Positions 38,284 to 48,740 of a DNA stretch of 64,000 nucleotides are shown piece by piece (position 1 is the stretch's first letter; each line of letters opens with the position of its first letter). Origin of the DNA: Trueperaceae bacterium (GTDB lineage Bacteria; Deinococcota; Deinococci; Deinococcales; Trueperaceae). The notes below the pieces were generated by a model that worked only from the letters and a program-made list of their open reading frames with translations, did no database searches and was not told the DNA's origin. The DNA is taken from contig OZ243913.1 of the NCBI GenBank assembly GCA_965213705.1, forward strand, positions 3,008,001 to 3,072,000, read 5' to 3'. The position numbers were made by a program, and so were the translations under genes.

Positions 38284-39604
38284 GTGGCTGGCGACCTACC
38301 TTTTGCACAGCACCCTGCTCCTCGGGGTGACACTGCTCGCCGTGCGGCTGCCCGGCTTGCGCCGCGCTTGCGTGCGCGACGCGCTGCTGCGTGCGGCCCT
38401 GGTCGCGGGCCTCGTCACCGCAACTTTGCAACCGTTGGCGGGCGTTCTGGTCATCCCGACCGAGGAGGCGACCACCGGAAGTTCAAAAGTAGCGGCTTCC
38501 GCCGTGACGAGCGCGCCCGACCCGGCGGCTGAACCGAAACGTTTTTCGGCCCCCCTTCCCAATCCCTCTCTCGTCTCCGAAGCGTTCGCGCCGCGACCCT
38601 CCACGACGCCACCCTTTTCCTGGAACACCCTTGCCACGCTGCTGTTCGGGGCGACGAGCGTTCTGACCCTGGTTCGGTTCGGCCAGGCCGGTTTCGCGCT
38701 GCGGCGCGTTTTGGTTCACAGTTCGCCTGTCGAGTTTGACGCGGCGGGGCTCGAGCCTTGGTTGCGCCGTCTGCGAGTGCTCGAGTCCGGCGTCGTCACC
38801 GTGCCGCTCGCGATTGCGCGGCGCACCGTGGTTTTGCCGCGGGGGTTGCGAAGCTCGAGCCTGCAGGTCGTTTTGGCCCACGAGGTCGCGCACCTGCGCC
38901 GCCGCGACCCCGCGTGGAACACCGGCTTGTCGCTCCTGAGCCACCTGCTCGCGTTTCAACCGCTCAACTTCGTCGCGCTGCGCGCCTGGCGCGGCGCGAG
39001 CGAGGAAATCTGCGACGCCCACGCGGTTCGGATAACCCGCGACCCGCTCGGTTTGGCGCAAAGCCTCCTCGACCTGACCCGCCGCAAAACGCACTCCCCC
39101 CTCATCGCGGTCGGGATGGCCGGCCGGACGCACCTGTCGCAGCGCGTCGAGGCGCTGTTGAAAGAGCGCGAAGTATTCGTGAAACCCGGCTACGTGGCGC
39201 TGCTCGTCGGAACGCTGCTGCTGTCGGGGAGTCTGCTGCCCGCCCTCACCTTTGCACAAGTCGGAACTTTGCAGGGGCTCGAGGTCGTTATCGACACCAA
39301 ACAGGCCAGACTCCACGATGAACTGACTGAGCTTTTGCGTGAAGCTGGACACCCCTTTGACCAACTGCGTATTACCGAGGCCCGCGCCTACTGCACGGGC
39401 GCAAAGAAGCCGGAAAGTAAAAGTCTGACGCCCGGAGTCGAATACCCTATGGCCTTGGTTCAGCCCAACGCCGACACAGAATTTTTCATTCTGCCGAGTT
39501 CCGAACAGGCCGTCCAAGCGTGTATCGAAAACCTCCTCACCGACCCCGAAGCGCTCGAGCGACTCAGAAACCCGTCGTCGCAGGATTTTTTACTTGGCAA
39601 CTGA
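38276..39604 (+). CDS. BlaR1-like M56 metallopeptidase (antirepressor)
   Basis: LAHEVAHLRRRD, EEICD, TM segments; coupled to BlaI. Confidence 0.85.
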   Translation: MAEWLATYLLHSTLLLGVTLLAVRLPGLRRACVRDALLRAALVAGLVTATLQPLAGVLVIPTEEATTGSSKVAASAVTSAPDPAAEPKRFSAPLPNPSLVSEAFAPRPSTTPPFSWNTLATLLFGATSVLTLVRFGQAGFALRRVLVHSSPVEFDAAGLEPWLRRLRVLESGVVTVPLAIARRTVVLPRGLRSSSLQVVLAHEVAHLRRRDPAWNTGLSLLSHLLAFQPLNFVALRAWRGASEEICDAHAVRITRDPLGLAQSLLDLTRRKTHSPLIAVGMAGRTHLSQRVEALLKEREVFVKPGYVALLVGTLLLSGSLLPALTFAQVGTLQGLEVVIDTKQARLHDELTELLREAGHPFDQLRITEARAYCTGAKKPESKSLTPGVEYPMALVQPNADTEFFILPSSEQAVQACIENLLTDPEALERLRNPSSQDFLLGN

Positions 39605-42364
39605 GCGTAAAACGGTTTTTTGCAAGTCTCGAGAAACGACCGGGCTCGAGAACTGCCCCTCCAAAGCCGCCCGCAAATCTTCGTGGGCAACCGGGTAAAC
39701 GACCTTCTCCCGCAAAAACACCAGCTGTACCTCCGGCACCACGCCCCGCACCTCTTCTATCGCCCGCAGGTAGACGGCCAACTGAAAGTGGTACTTCTCA
39801 GGCACGATGTCCCGGTCGGTTTTGTAGTCCTCCAAGTACCAAACGCCGTGCGCGCAGTAAAGCCGGTCGATGACGCCTTGCCACACGGTTGTGCCGACGG
39901 GGAGCGCCATGCCGAGTTCGGGGTAGTCGTGGCTTCGTTCGTGCAGAGCCGCAATTCCAGCGCCGAGAAGCTGTTCGTAGTTGTGCAGGAGCGCCGTGAC
40001 CTCTTGCAAGATGTCGTCTTGCTCCGGCGGCGTGAACGGAAACATGACCTCCTGGGCGCGGAGGTTTTGGAGGTGCGTGGGATTGTCGGCGCGCCAGTTC
40101 TGGCTGACCCCGTAGTGAAGCAAGGTGCCGACGGCGGCGGCGCGGCCGGGCAAGCGTTCGCCCTCGTCGGGGTCGCTGAACGGTAGGGGTTCGTGCTCGA
40201 GCCCTTCCCTTTTGAGCCGCGACGGTGAACTGACCGGCGGGTGCTCGTGGAGCCGGAAGCGTCGGTCGATGTAGGGCGCGGGTTTGACGTTCGAGGCTTG
40301 AGGGCTGAGGCTCGAAGTCGCGACCACGGGCGCGAACACGTGGTTTTGCAGCACGAAGTCGTCGCGCCGGTAAGGCTTGCTGCCGGGACCCAAGTTCATG
40401 GCCTCGAGGGCCTTGGCAAAGCCGTCGCACTTACCGCCCTTGACGCTGCCGGTCATGAGCAGGACGTTTTTGGGGCGGCTGGCGGCGACGTAGAGAAGTC
40501 GGTAAGCCTCGTCGTCTTCGCGCGCTTTCAGGGCGTCGCGGGTGGGCTCGAACACGTCGGTGTTTTCGCAGCAGAGGTGCCCGGTCTGCGGGTGGACGTA
40601 GACCTTTTGGGGCGGGTGGTAGGTGGTGCGGTTGAGGTCGTAGAGGGCGACGACGGGCCACTCGAGCCCCTTCGCCCGGTGAATCGTGAGGAGTTGCACG
40701 CCCTCGCCGCTCTGCGGCACGTCGCCCGCGTCGCCCTGGCGCGACAGCAGGTCGAGGCGCTCGAGCAAAAGTTCGATGTCGCCCGGCGGCGCTTGCGCGA
40801 CGGCGAACAGCAGCGCGTCGACGTTTTCGCGGGCGCGGGTCTCCAGAAAGTCCACGTAGCGCTTGCCCCCGATGAAGGGCTCGCGGATGAGGAACTTAAG
40901 CGCCGCCAGCGGCGTGCCGCGCACCTGCTGGGCGGTAAGCTCGAGCCGTTCCCAAACCTCGGGATGGCTTTGCTCGAGGATTTCGAGCGGCGCGTCGGCT
41001 TTCAAAACCGCGTCGACCTCCGCCAAACCGAGCTGCCCGAACGGCCCCCGCAGCCACACCCCCAAACTCAGGCCGACCGGCTCCACCCCGACGCGGAGCG
41101 CGTGATACAGGTCGCGCACCTCCAGCCGCGCGTAGTAACCGCGACCCTGCAACAAAACGTAGGGCAAACCCGCCGCCAGCAGCGCGGTTTCGACCTGCGC
41201 GAGCCCGGCGTAGGCTCTCGCCAGCACCGCCATGTCGCTGTAGCTGTGGCCGCGTTCATGGAGCGCCTGCAGCCGCGCCACCAGGACTTGCGCCTCGTGC
41301 GCGCGCAGGTCGCTCACGGCCGCGTCGCCGCACACCCAGTGCAGTTCGACGCGGCCCTGCGCCCCCTCTTGTTCGCCCGTGGGACTGACCGGCGGCGCTT
41401 CGCCCTCGCCGAAGCCCATGCCGCGCTCGGCGAGGGTCGCGGTCAGGTGGTTGAGGAAACGAGCCAGCAGCGGGGCGTGGCGGCGGGTGTGAACCAGGGG
41501 TTCGAGCCTCTCCCCACCGGCAAGCGCCCGCCGAAACACGCCCACGTCGGCGTTGCGAAAGCCGTAGATGCTCTGCTTGGGGTCGCCGACGACTTCTAAG
41601 TTGAGGCCGCCTTGCTCCAACGCCTCGAAAAACGCGCCCTGCAACGGGTTTACGTCCTGAAACTCGTCGACCAATACCGTTTGGTAACGCCCCGCGAGCC
41701 GCGCCAAGGCTTTCGGCGTCCGCACGAGCTTCAGGGCGCGGCGCTCGGTTTCGCTCGGCGGCAGCAACGTGGCCCCGAGACGCAGTTCGAAGCGTTTGTA
41801 CACAGCGTCGAACAAACCCTGCAGCGCGTGGTGTTTGGGGTGTTCGTCGGACGCGTAGCGCTCGGTGAGCGAGCGCTGTTTGAACAGGGTGAGGAGCAGG
41901 GCTCGAGCGTCGTCGCCGAGGGTTTCGCACGCCGCGTACAGGCCGTGCTCGGGTGCGGACGCCAGGTAGAGGAGCGAGTTGAGTTCTTCCTCGAACAGCG
42001 CTTGCGCTTCCCACTCGCCGAGGGTTTTGAAGGCGGGGTCGAGGCCCATCGTCGGCGCGCCCAGACGCAGCGCCTCGGTCATAAAGCCGTGGATGGTCGT
42101 CAGGGTCGCGCCGCCGAGTTCGCGCTGCGCTTCCTCAAAAAGAGGTCTCTGAGGCTCGAGCAGACGCACGTGCAAGTAGGTTCCAGTCTCGAGCATCGTT
42201 TGCACGCCCACGCCGACCCGTTGGCGAAGTTCGTCGGCGGCTGTGCGCGTAAAGGTCACCCCGGCGACGCGGCGCAGCGGCGTACCCGACGCGACCAGGT
42301 CTAGGTAACGCAGCACCAGGCTCGTCGTTTTGCCCGTCCCGGCCGAAGCGACGCGGACTTTCAT
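39590..42364 (-). CDS. UvrD/AddA-like helicase with C-terminal PD-(D/E)xK nuclease
   Basis: ASAGTGKT, VTFT, VDEFQD, VGDPKQSIYGFR, TIHRAKGLEW, LYVAASR; GVIDRL...DYKT...QLAVY. Confidence 0.9.
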   Translation of the reverse strand: MKVRVASAGTGKTTSLVLRYLDLVASGTPLRRVAGVTFTRTAADELRQRVGVGVQTMLETGTYLHVRLLEPQRPLFEEAQRELGGATLTTIHGFMTEALRLGAPTMGLDPAFKTLGEWEAQALFEEELNSLLYLASAPEHGLYAACETLGDDARALLLTLFKQRSLTERYASDEHPKHHALQGLFDAVYKRFELRLGATLLPPSETERRALKLVRTPKALARLAGRYQTVLVDEFQDVNPLQGAFFEALEQGGLNLEVVGDPKQSIYGFRNADVGVFRRALAGGERLEPLVHTRRHAPLLARFLNHLTATLAERGMGFGEGEAPPVSPTGEQEGAQGRVELHWVCGDAAVSDLRAHEAQVLVARLQALHERGHSYSDMAVLARAYAGLAQVETALLAAGLPYVLLQGRGYYARLEVRDLYHALRVGVEPVGLSLGVWLRGPFGQLGLAEVDAVLKADAPLEILEQSHPEVWERLELTAQQVRGTPLAALKFLIREPFIGGKRYVDFLETRARENVDALLFAVAQAPPGDIELLLERLDLLSRQGDAGDVPQSGEGVQLLTIHRAKGLEWPVVALYDLNRTTYHPPQKVYVHPQTGHLCCENTDVFEPTRDALKAREDDEAYRLLYVAASRPKNVLLMTGSVKGGKCDGFAKALEAMNLGPGSKPYRRDDFVLQNHVFAPVVATSSLSPQASNVKPAPYIDRRFRLHEHPPVSSPSRLKREGLEHEPLPFSDPDEGERLPGRAAAVGTLLHYGVSQNWRADNPTHLQNLRAQEVMFPFTPPEQDDILQEVTALLHNYEQLLGAGIAALHERSHDYPELGMALPVGTTVWQGVIDRLYCAHGVWYLEDYKTDRDIVPEKYHFQLAVYLRAIEEVRGVVPEVQLVFLREKVVYPVAHEDLRAALEGQFSSPVVSRDLQKTVLRSVAK

Positions 42365-42478
42365 ATCCCGGTCAGGATAGCATTCCGGCCGTTCCGCGCC
42401 GAACGGAGCGCGGCGAAGTGAAATAACCTTGTTTTCACCGTACCGCCAACGTCTTCTTTCGCCGTCGCTCAGAACGAC

Positions 42479-42509
42479 AAAAAGTCTCGAGGGTTTCCCC
42501 TCGAGACTT
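42479..42509 (-). terminator. intrinsic terminator of the BMP ABC operon
   Basis: 12-bp perfect stem AAGTCTCGAGGG / CCCTCGAGACTT with a T-run on the minus strand, ~25 nt after the stop. Confidence 0.75.
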
Positions 42510-42532
42510 CTGCGGCACAAACTTTTTACCCT

Positions 42533-43699
42533 TTAGTTACACTCGTCGTACCCCGGCCCGCCCGACCAGGGACCGCGGATGTTCTCGGCGGCCCACTGCA
42601 AGCTGAACAGCTCGGGAATCGTCGCTTGCTGACCCACAGCCAAAATCTCGTTCCCGGCACAGTCCGAAATGGGGCCGGTAAAGGGTTCGAACGTAGGTTC
42701 GTCCATCGTCATCTGCTCGATGCGCCTCGTCACGAGGTCGTAGACCGACACCTCGCCAAGTTCGGGGTCGTTGACCATCTTGGCTTTGAGCGCCTCTTCA
42801 TAAACAGGGTTGATGACCATGCCCGGCTTCGCGCCGACCTCGACCGCGTCTTCACCCAGACGCCAGACGTAGTCGACGTCTTCAAGGTTGGTGCTGTCGT
42901 AAGTTCCGTCCAAAACTTTTGAAAGAAAGTCGGTGTAAATCGCTTCCCACTTGACAAGCTGGCCCGAGACAACCGTGTCCGGCGAAAACTCGTACATCGA
43001 GGCGTAGTGCGAGTAGCTGGGCAAGTCGTTTTCGGCCGCCGTCTGTACCACCGTAGGCGTGTCTTCGGTAAAGGCTAACACGTCGGCACCGTCCGACATC
43101 AGGGCTTCGGTCGCCTCTTTGGCACCGGCCGGGTCGAACCAGGCGTTGAGCCACCGCACCTCGACCACGGCGTCGGGGTTGACCTCTTGTGCGCCGAGCG
43201 CGAAGGCGTCGATGTGGCGCTTGACCTCGGGGATGGGGAAGGCCGCGACGTACCCCAGCTTGTTCGACTCGGTCAGGGCTCCGGCGATGAGGCCGTTTAA
43301 GTAGTAGGTCTGGTACATCTCGGCGATGTAGGTCATCACGTTGGGGGCTCGCTCGATGCCGGTCGCGTGCCCGAAAATCACGTCGGGGTAGCGTTCGGCG
43401 GCGGCCAGGGTGCCGTCCCCGTAGCCGAAGCTCGTCGTGAAGATGACGTTCGCGCCGTCGGCGACGAGCTGGTCGATAAACGACTCGACGTCGGCCTCGG
43501 CGACCGACTCGACGATTACGGTCTCGATGCCGGGCAAGGCTGCCTCGGTCGCGACGCGCCCCAGGTCGTGCGCGTAGGTCCAACCCGCGTCGCCGACCGG
43601 CCCGACGTAGATGAAGCCGACCTTGAGGGGTTCGTCCTGCGCGAAGGCGGTGCCGAGCATGAACAGCGCCACAATCCAAAAAACGTTCCAGTTCCGCAT
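42533..43699 (-). CDS. BMP-family (PnrA/TmpC-like) ABC substrate-binding protein, purine/nucleoside type
   Basis: GFIYVGPVGDAGWTYAHD, TTSFGY, AFPIPEV, WFDP; GGAGG RBS; signal peptide. Confidence 0.9.
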   Translation of the reverse strand: MRNWNVFWIVALFMLGTAFAQDEPLKVGFIYVGPVGDAGWTYAHDLGRVATEAALPGIETVIVESVAEADVESFIDQLVADGANVIFTTSFGYGDGTLAAAERYPDVIFGHATGIERAPNVMTYIAEMYQTYYLNGLIAGALTESNKLGYVAAFPIPEVKRHIDAFALGAQEVNPDAVVEVRWLNAWFDPAGAKEATEALMSDGADVLAFTEDTPTVVQTAAENDLPSYSHYASMYEFSPDTVVSGQLVKWEAIYTDFLSKVLDGTYDSTNLEDVDYVWRLGEDAVEVGAKPGMVINPVYEEALKAKMVNDPELGEVSVYDLVTRRIEQMTMDEPTFEPFTGPISDCAGNEILAVGQQATIPELFSLQWAAENIRGPWSGGPGYDECN

Positions 43700-43787
43700 G
43701 TGTAACCTCCCAAAAATCCTCTTATCATTTTTATCAAAGAGGTGCACGAGCCGCTGAGCGGCGTGATGCTTAGCTTGGTGTTCTAAG

Positions 43788-44714
43788 TCAGCGTTCGCCC
43801 CGGCGATAAGCTCGGCCCAGGGCCTCGGGCGCACCGAAGGCGCGGCCCCCCTTGCTCATCGACACGAAAACGAGGGCGAGAATCGTAAAAACATAAGGCA
43901 TGAGCGTGAGCAGTTCGGGCGGAAAATAAGCCTGGAGCCGAAACCGCAGCGTAAAAAAAGCGCCGAACAAAAACGCCGCTCCCACCGCTCGCAGCGGGTC
44001 CCAGAGGGCGAAAATCGCCAGGGCCAGGGCAATCCAGCCCATCCCGTCGGTCATGCTTTCACCCCAGGAAGGCCGGTAAGCGAGGGACAGGTAAGCGCCG
44101 GCCACGCCCGCCATGACGCCACCGAAGACGACAGCTCCGTAGCGCGTCCGGGCAACGTTCACCCCCGCCACGTCCGCCGCCGCAGGCGACTCGCCCACGC
44201 TGCGCAGCTTTAGCCCGAGCCGCGTGTAGTACAGGACGAACCAGAGCACAAACGCCGTGAGAAGACCGAGATAGGTGAGTAAATGCTGGTCGGTGAACAG
44301 GGCGGGGCCGAGGACGGGGATGTCGGACAGGACGGGCACGGTGACTTTGGTCATGGGTTGTGCCAACGGCGTCCCCACGTAGTTGCGCCCGACTAACCCC
44401 GACAAGCCGAGGCCGAAAATGGTAATCGCCAAACCCGACACATACTGGTTGGCGCGCAGCGTAACCGAGATAAACGCGTGGACAAGCGCCGCCAAGCCGC
44501 CCGCCGCCGCCGCCGCCAGCAGCGCGACATACGGTTCGCCCGTCGTTTGCCCGACGATGAAACCCGTAACCGCGCCGAGAATCATCATTCCTTCGACGCC
44601 CAAGTTCACCACGCCCGCGCGCTCGGCGTAGATTTCGCCCAGGGCCGCCCACAACAGCGGCGTGCTGAAGGCGAGGGCTCGAGCCACCGTCGACGTCACC
44701 ATTCCCAGGTCCAT
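43788..44714 (-). CDS. nucleoside-type ABC permease
   Basis: ERAGVVNLGVEG, ANQYVSGLA, GESP.AA..AG. Confidence 0.9.
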   Translation of the reverse strand: MDLGMVTSTVARALAFSTPLLWAALGEIYAERAGVVNLGVEGMMILGAVTGFIVGQTTGEPYVALLAAAAAGGLAALVHAFISVTLRANQYVSGLAITIFGLGLSGLVGRNYVGTPLAQPMTKVTVPVLSDIPVLGPALFTDQHLLTYLGLLTAFVLWFVLYYTRLGLKLRSVGESPAAADVAGVNVARTRYGAVVFGGVMAGVAGAYLSLAYRPSWGESMTDGMGWIALALAIFALWDPLRAVGAAFLFGAFFTLRFRLQAYFPPELLTLMPYVFTILALVFVSMSKGGRAFGAPEALGRAYRRGER

Positions 44715-45829
44715 TACACAGCCTCAGCTTCGGGTTGGGAATCAGGCTGAGACTCGGCTTGAGGTAGGGGCGCGCGCACCAGCCGGTAGCGCAGCAGCGG
44801 CTCGCTGCAAATAAGGCAGAGCAACACGAGTCCGTTGACCAACCCCGTCATCTGCGCCGGTACGCCCAAGGACGCCCGCATCACGTCGCCGCTGGCGAAA
44901 ACGAGGCCCAAAAAGAGGGCGCTGAGAATCGCCGCCAGCGGACTGCCCCTCGCCAACAGCGCCACAATGATGGCCGTGTACCCGTACCCAAGCGAAATGC
45001 TGTCCGGCTCGATAAGCCGGTGGTGAATCCCCATCACCTCGCCGACGCCCGCCAGCCCTGCCGCGCCCGCCGAGAACAGGACGAGAAACAGCGTCGTCTT
45101 GACGAAGTCTATGCCGGCATACCGCGCCGCGCTCGCGCTCTCCCCCATCACGCGGATTTCGAAACCGAGCTTCATCCGCGCAAGCAAAAACGCCACGAAC
45201 AGGGCCAGCGCCAGGGCGAGCAGCAGCGTCGGCCAGTGCAGCCGTGTGGTGCCGAGCGTCGGCAGCCAGTACGCCCGGTCGAACTTGTCGCTGTAGGAAA
45301 ACCCGGTCGTGCTCTGCCCCTTCCAGGGTCCGTTGATGAGCCAGCGGACCAGGTACAGGGCGATGTAGTTCAGCATCAGCGTGGTAATAATTTCGTTGAC
45401 GCCGAGCTTGACTTTGAGAATCGCCGGGAGAAAGCCCCACAGCCCGCCCGCGACAAAGCCCACCAAAAACAGCGTCGGCAGCATGAGTGCCGGGGGCAGC
45501 GGCACGAACAGCGCCACCCCCGAGGCGGCCGTCGCCCCCGCCAAAATCTGCCCTTCCGCGCCGATGTTCCAAAACTGCGCCCGAAACGCCAGCACGAGGC
45601 CGACGCCCGCCAGCATGAGTGGAATCGACTTGCGCAACACTTCGGTAAAGCCGCGAAAGTCGAACAGGGTTTTGTCCAAGATGACGCCGTAAGCGGTCAG
45701 CGGGTTGACGCCAAAGGCCATGAACAAAAATCCGGTCAGCACCAGCGCCAGCACAACCGCCCCGAGCGAGGCTAAAAAGACGAGCGTGCTCGAGGGGTTG
45801 GCCCTGGGCTCGAGCCGCCAGCCCGTCAC
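44714..45829 (-). CDS. nucleoside-type ABC permease
   Basis: WNIGAEGQ, NEIITTLMLNY, GYTAIIVALL. Confidence 0.9.
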   Translation of the reverse strand: MTGWRLEPRANPSSTLVFLASLGAVVLALVLTGFLFMAFGVNPLTAYGVILDKTLFDFRGFTEVLRKSIPLMLAGVGLVLAFRAQFWNIGAEGQILAGATAASGVALFVPLPPALMLPTLFLVGFVAGGLWGFLPAILKVKLGVNEIITTLMLNYIALYLVRWLINGPWKGQSTTGFSYSDKFDRAYWLPTLGTTRLHWPTLLLALALALFVAFLLARMKLGFEIRVMGESASAARYAGIDFVKTTLFLVLFSAGAAGLAGVGEVMGIHHRLIEPDSISLGYGYTAIIVALLARGSPLAAILSALFLGLVFASGDVMRASLGVPAQMTGLVNGLVLLCLICSEPLLRYRLVRAPLPQAESQPDSQPEAEAV

Positions 45830-47385
45830 GCCGCCACGTCCTCGTGCTCGGCCGCGACGCCCGCCATCAGCAAGCCCAAACGCTCCCGGTCTGCGCTGGC
45901 CGCGTCCAACACGCCCATCACTACTCCCGCGAACAAGACCACAATCCGGTCGGCCAGCTTGAGGAGTTCGTCCAAGTCCTCCGAAACGAGCAGCACCCCC
46001 GCCCCCCGCTCGCGCTGCTGCAACAAGAGGTTGTGGGTCAGGGCCGCCGCGCTCACGTCGAGGCCGTAGGTCGGGTGGGCCGCGACGACGAGTTTGGGGT
46101 CGCCGGAGAGTTCCCGCGCCAGGATGATTTTTTGCACGTTGCCGCCCGATAATAGCCGCGCGGGCGTGGCTGTGGACGGCGTCGCCACCTCGTAGTCTTT
46201 GACAGACTTGTCGGCGAACGTTTTGACAGCCCTCCAGTCGAGGAGCGCGCCTTTGGAAAAGGGTTTATAACGATACTGCCGCAGCACGGCGTTCTCGGCG
46301 ACCGACAACGACGGGACGATGCCCACGTGGTTGCGGTCTTCGGGGATGTGCGCCACGCCCGCCTCGAACAAGTCTTTCGCGCCGAGGGCGGTCACGTCCC
46401 GGCCGTCAAGCGTGACGCGGCCCTGGAAAGCGCGCCGCAAACCGGTCAAGGTTTCGATGAGTTCGCCCTGCCCGTTGCCCGCGACCCCGGCGACGCCGAC
46501 GATTTCGCCCCCGTGAACGTTCAGGGACACGTCCCTGAGCGCGTCGACCCCGCGGTCGCCCTTGACGCTCACGCCCTCGAGCGAGAGCACCACCCGTTCC
46601 GTACTTGACGCGTTTTTGGCCCGCAGCGGCGTCACCTTGCGGCCCATCATCATCTGAGCCAAACTTCCCGGCGTCGCTTCGGCACTAGCAAGCGTCCCCA
46701 CCACCGCACCTTTACGCAAAACCGTGACGCGGTCGGCGACGCTCATCACCTCGTCGAGCTTGTGGCTGATAAACACGACCGCCTCGCCCTCGGCCTTCAT
46801 GCGGCCTAGCACCGTGAACAGACTCTCGGCCTCCTGCGGCGTGAGCACGCTTGTGGGCTCGTCCAAAATGAGAATCTTCGCACTCTGCAGCAGCGCCTTG
46901 AGGATTTCGACCCGTTGCTGCTCGCCGGGCGAGAGTTGCCAGACTCGAGCGTTCGGGTCGACGGTGAGCCCATATCTGCGACCCAGCTCGAGAACGCGCG
47001 CGCTCAACTTTTTGACCGGAAACCAAAACGGCGTGTCCGCCAAACCCAGTCCGATGTTCTCGGCGACGGTGTGCCGCCGCGCCAAGTGAAAGTGCTGCGC
47101 GACGAGTCCGACGCCGCGGCTCATGGCGTCCTTGGGCGAACGCAACGTCACGCGCTCGCCGTTTAAGAACACCTCGCCCGCGTCGGGTTGGTAAAGCCCG
47201 TACAAGATGTTCATAAGCGTCGTCTTGCCCGCCCCGTTTTCGCCCAGGAGCGCATGAACCTCGCCCGGTTGCACGGCGAAGCTCACGCGGTCGTTCGCCA
47301 GCACGCCGGGAAAGCGCTTGGTGACGTTTCTCATCTCGAGCAGCGCCGTTCCGGACGTGTTGGGGGCGGGAGCGGTCTCAGGCAT
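45826..47385 (-). CDS. CUT2-type double-domain ABC ATPase
   Basis: GENGAGKT, LDEPT, SHKL, GNGQ, LSGGNVQK. Confidence 0.93.
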   Translation of the reverse strand: MPETAPAPNTSGTALLEMRNVTKRFPGVLANDRVSFAVQPGEVHALLGENGAGKTTLMNILYGLYQPDAGEVFLNGERVTLRSPKDAMSRGVGLVAQHFHLARRHTVAENIGLGLADTPFWFPVKKLSARVLELGRRYGLTVDPNARVWQLSPGEQQRVEILKALLQSAKILILDEPTSVLTPQEAESLFTVLGRMKAEGEAVVFISHKLDEVMSVADRVTVLRKGAVVGTLASAEATPGSLAQMMMGRKVTPLRAKNASSTERVVLSLEGVSVKGDRGVDALRDVSLNVHGGEIVGVAGVAGNGQGELIETLTGLRRAFQGRVTLDGRDVTALGAKDLFEAGVAHIPEDRNHVGIVPSLSVAENAVLRQYRYKPFSKGALLDWRAVKTFADKSVKDYEVATPSTATPARLLSGGNVQKIILARELSGDPKLVVAAHPTYGLDVSAAALTHNLLLQQRERGAGVLLVSEDLDELLKLADRIVVLFAGVVMGVLDAASADRERLGLLMAGVAAEHEDVAA

Positions 47386-47633
47386 GACCGACTATAACGA
47401 ACGGTGTCACGGATGAGCAAGACGGCAAGCTCGTTTTGGAAGTACGCTTTACGCAAAGGCGAGGCATTCCGGTCAAACTGTCTGGGTGTAACATGTCGCA
47501 AGGCAAGCTTTTCATACCAGACCTGCTGTCCAAGGCGAAGAGGGGACGGGGTTTGACTTAACTCTTGTATGATTCTAGCAAATCCGGCCTACGCTATTAT
47601 TAGGCTTCTTTGTCCAACCTTTAGGAGACGACC

Positions 47634-48620
47634 ATGAACCCGACGCCACCCCTCGAGGACCCCGTCCTTGTCAACAAATGGCTCGCCGTTGCGACCGCCG
47701 CAGCGGTAGGAGACACGCCCGTCAAGGTGCAGGTTTTGGGCGAGGACGTGGTGCTGTGGCGGAGTTTGAGCGGTCTGCGCGCCTTTCGCGACCTCTGCAT
47801 CCACCGCGGCACCGCGCTGTCGCTCGGGCGGGTCGAGGCGGGGGAACTGGTCTGCCCCTACCACGGTTGGCGCTACGACGAGGGCGGTCAGTGCGTCGCG
47901 ATTCCGGCGCAGCCGGGCGCACCCGTCCCGACCAAAGCCAAGGCTTGGACGTATGCTTGCCTCGAGCGGTACGGGCTCGTCTGGGTTTGCCTCGGCGAAC
48001 CCAAAAACGAGCCGCCCGCGTTTGAAGAGCACACTGACCCCGCCTTTCGCAGCCTCATCTGCGGCCCTTATACGGTTCGGGCCGAAGCGCCGCGGGTGCT
48101 CGAGAACTTCTTGGACGTTTCGCACCTCATGTGGGTTCACGAGGGCTTTTTGGGCGTCCCGAGCCACGCCGAAGTGAACGACTACCGCGTGGTGAACGAG
48201 GGCGACCGCCTCGTCTCGACGCCTATCCACATCTTCCAACCCGACCCCGACGGCCGCGGCCGGGGCGTCACCAACACCTACGTTTACGAGATTTTAAGCC
48301 CACTCACGGCGCGTTTTCGCAAGACCGACGACGCCGGGAGTGACGTTTTCTCAATGCTCCTCACCGCCACGCCGACCTGTAAGGGTGCGACGACCGCCTA
48401 CGCGCTGCTGTCGCGCAACTACGCCTTTGAGGTGCCGGACGAGACGTTTCGAACGTTCCAAGACACCATTTTCGCTCAGGACGTGCGGATTTTGCTCAGC
48501 CAACGCCCCGAACAACTCCCGCTCGACCTGGGGGCCGAACTCCACCTCAAGTCCGACCGCTTAGCCATCGCTTACCGGCAGTGGTTGGCGGGGCTGGGGG
48601 TACGGGTGGGGGTGGCGTGA
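47634..48620 (+). CDS. Rieske non-heme iron oxygenase alpha subunit (VanA/NdmA-like demethylase family)
   Basis: Rieske CIH...CPYH; mononuclear-Fe ENFLDVSH...H and QD; C-terminal [11 protein letters not shown]. Confidence 0.88.
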   Translation: MNPTPPLEDPVLVNKWLAVATAAAVGDTPVKVQVLGEDVVLWRSLSGLRAFRDLCIHRGTALSLGRVEAGELVCPYHGWRYDEGGQCVAIPAQPGAPVPTKAKAWTYACLERYGLVWVCLGEPKNEPPAFEEHTDPAFRSLICGPYTVRAEAPRVLENFLDVSHLMWVHEGFLGVPSHAEVNDYRVVNEGDRLVSTPIHIFQPDPDGRGRGVTNTYVYEILSPLTARFRKTDDAGSDVFSMLLTATPTCKGATTAYALLSRNYAFEVPDETFRTFQDTIFAQDVRILLSQRPEQLPLDLGAELHLKSDRLAIAYRQWLAGLGVRVGVA

Positions 48621-48740
48621 AACTAGGAGTGGCTTAAAACAAGTCGAGACCGACTCGAAAGGGTCCCAACACCTCTCCGGCTCGGTTCTTCATCTTGCTT
48701 CGGCGCAGCAGGTACTGAGCAGTCGGGGCTCGCGGCCTAT

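Noticed and set aside
47400..47560. Possible riboswitch (purine or c-di-GMP-I) between the ABC operon and the Rieske gene
   Set aside because: Some hairpins and GCAA loops are present, but I could not match the conserved cores. The ATPase gene also appears nearly leaderless. An Rfam scan would settle it.
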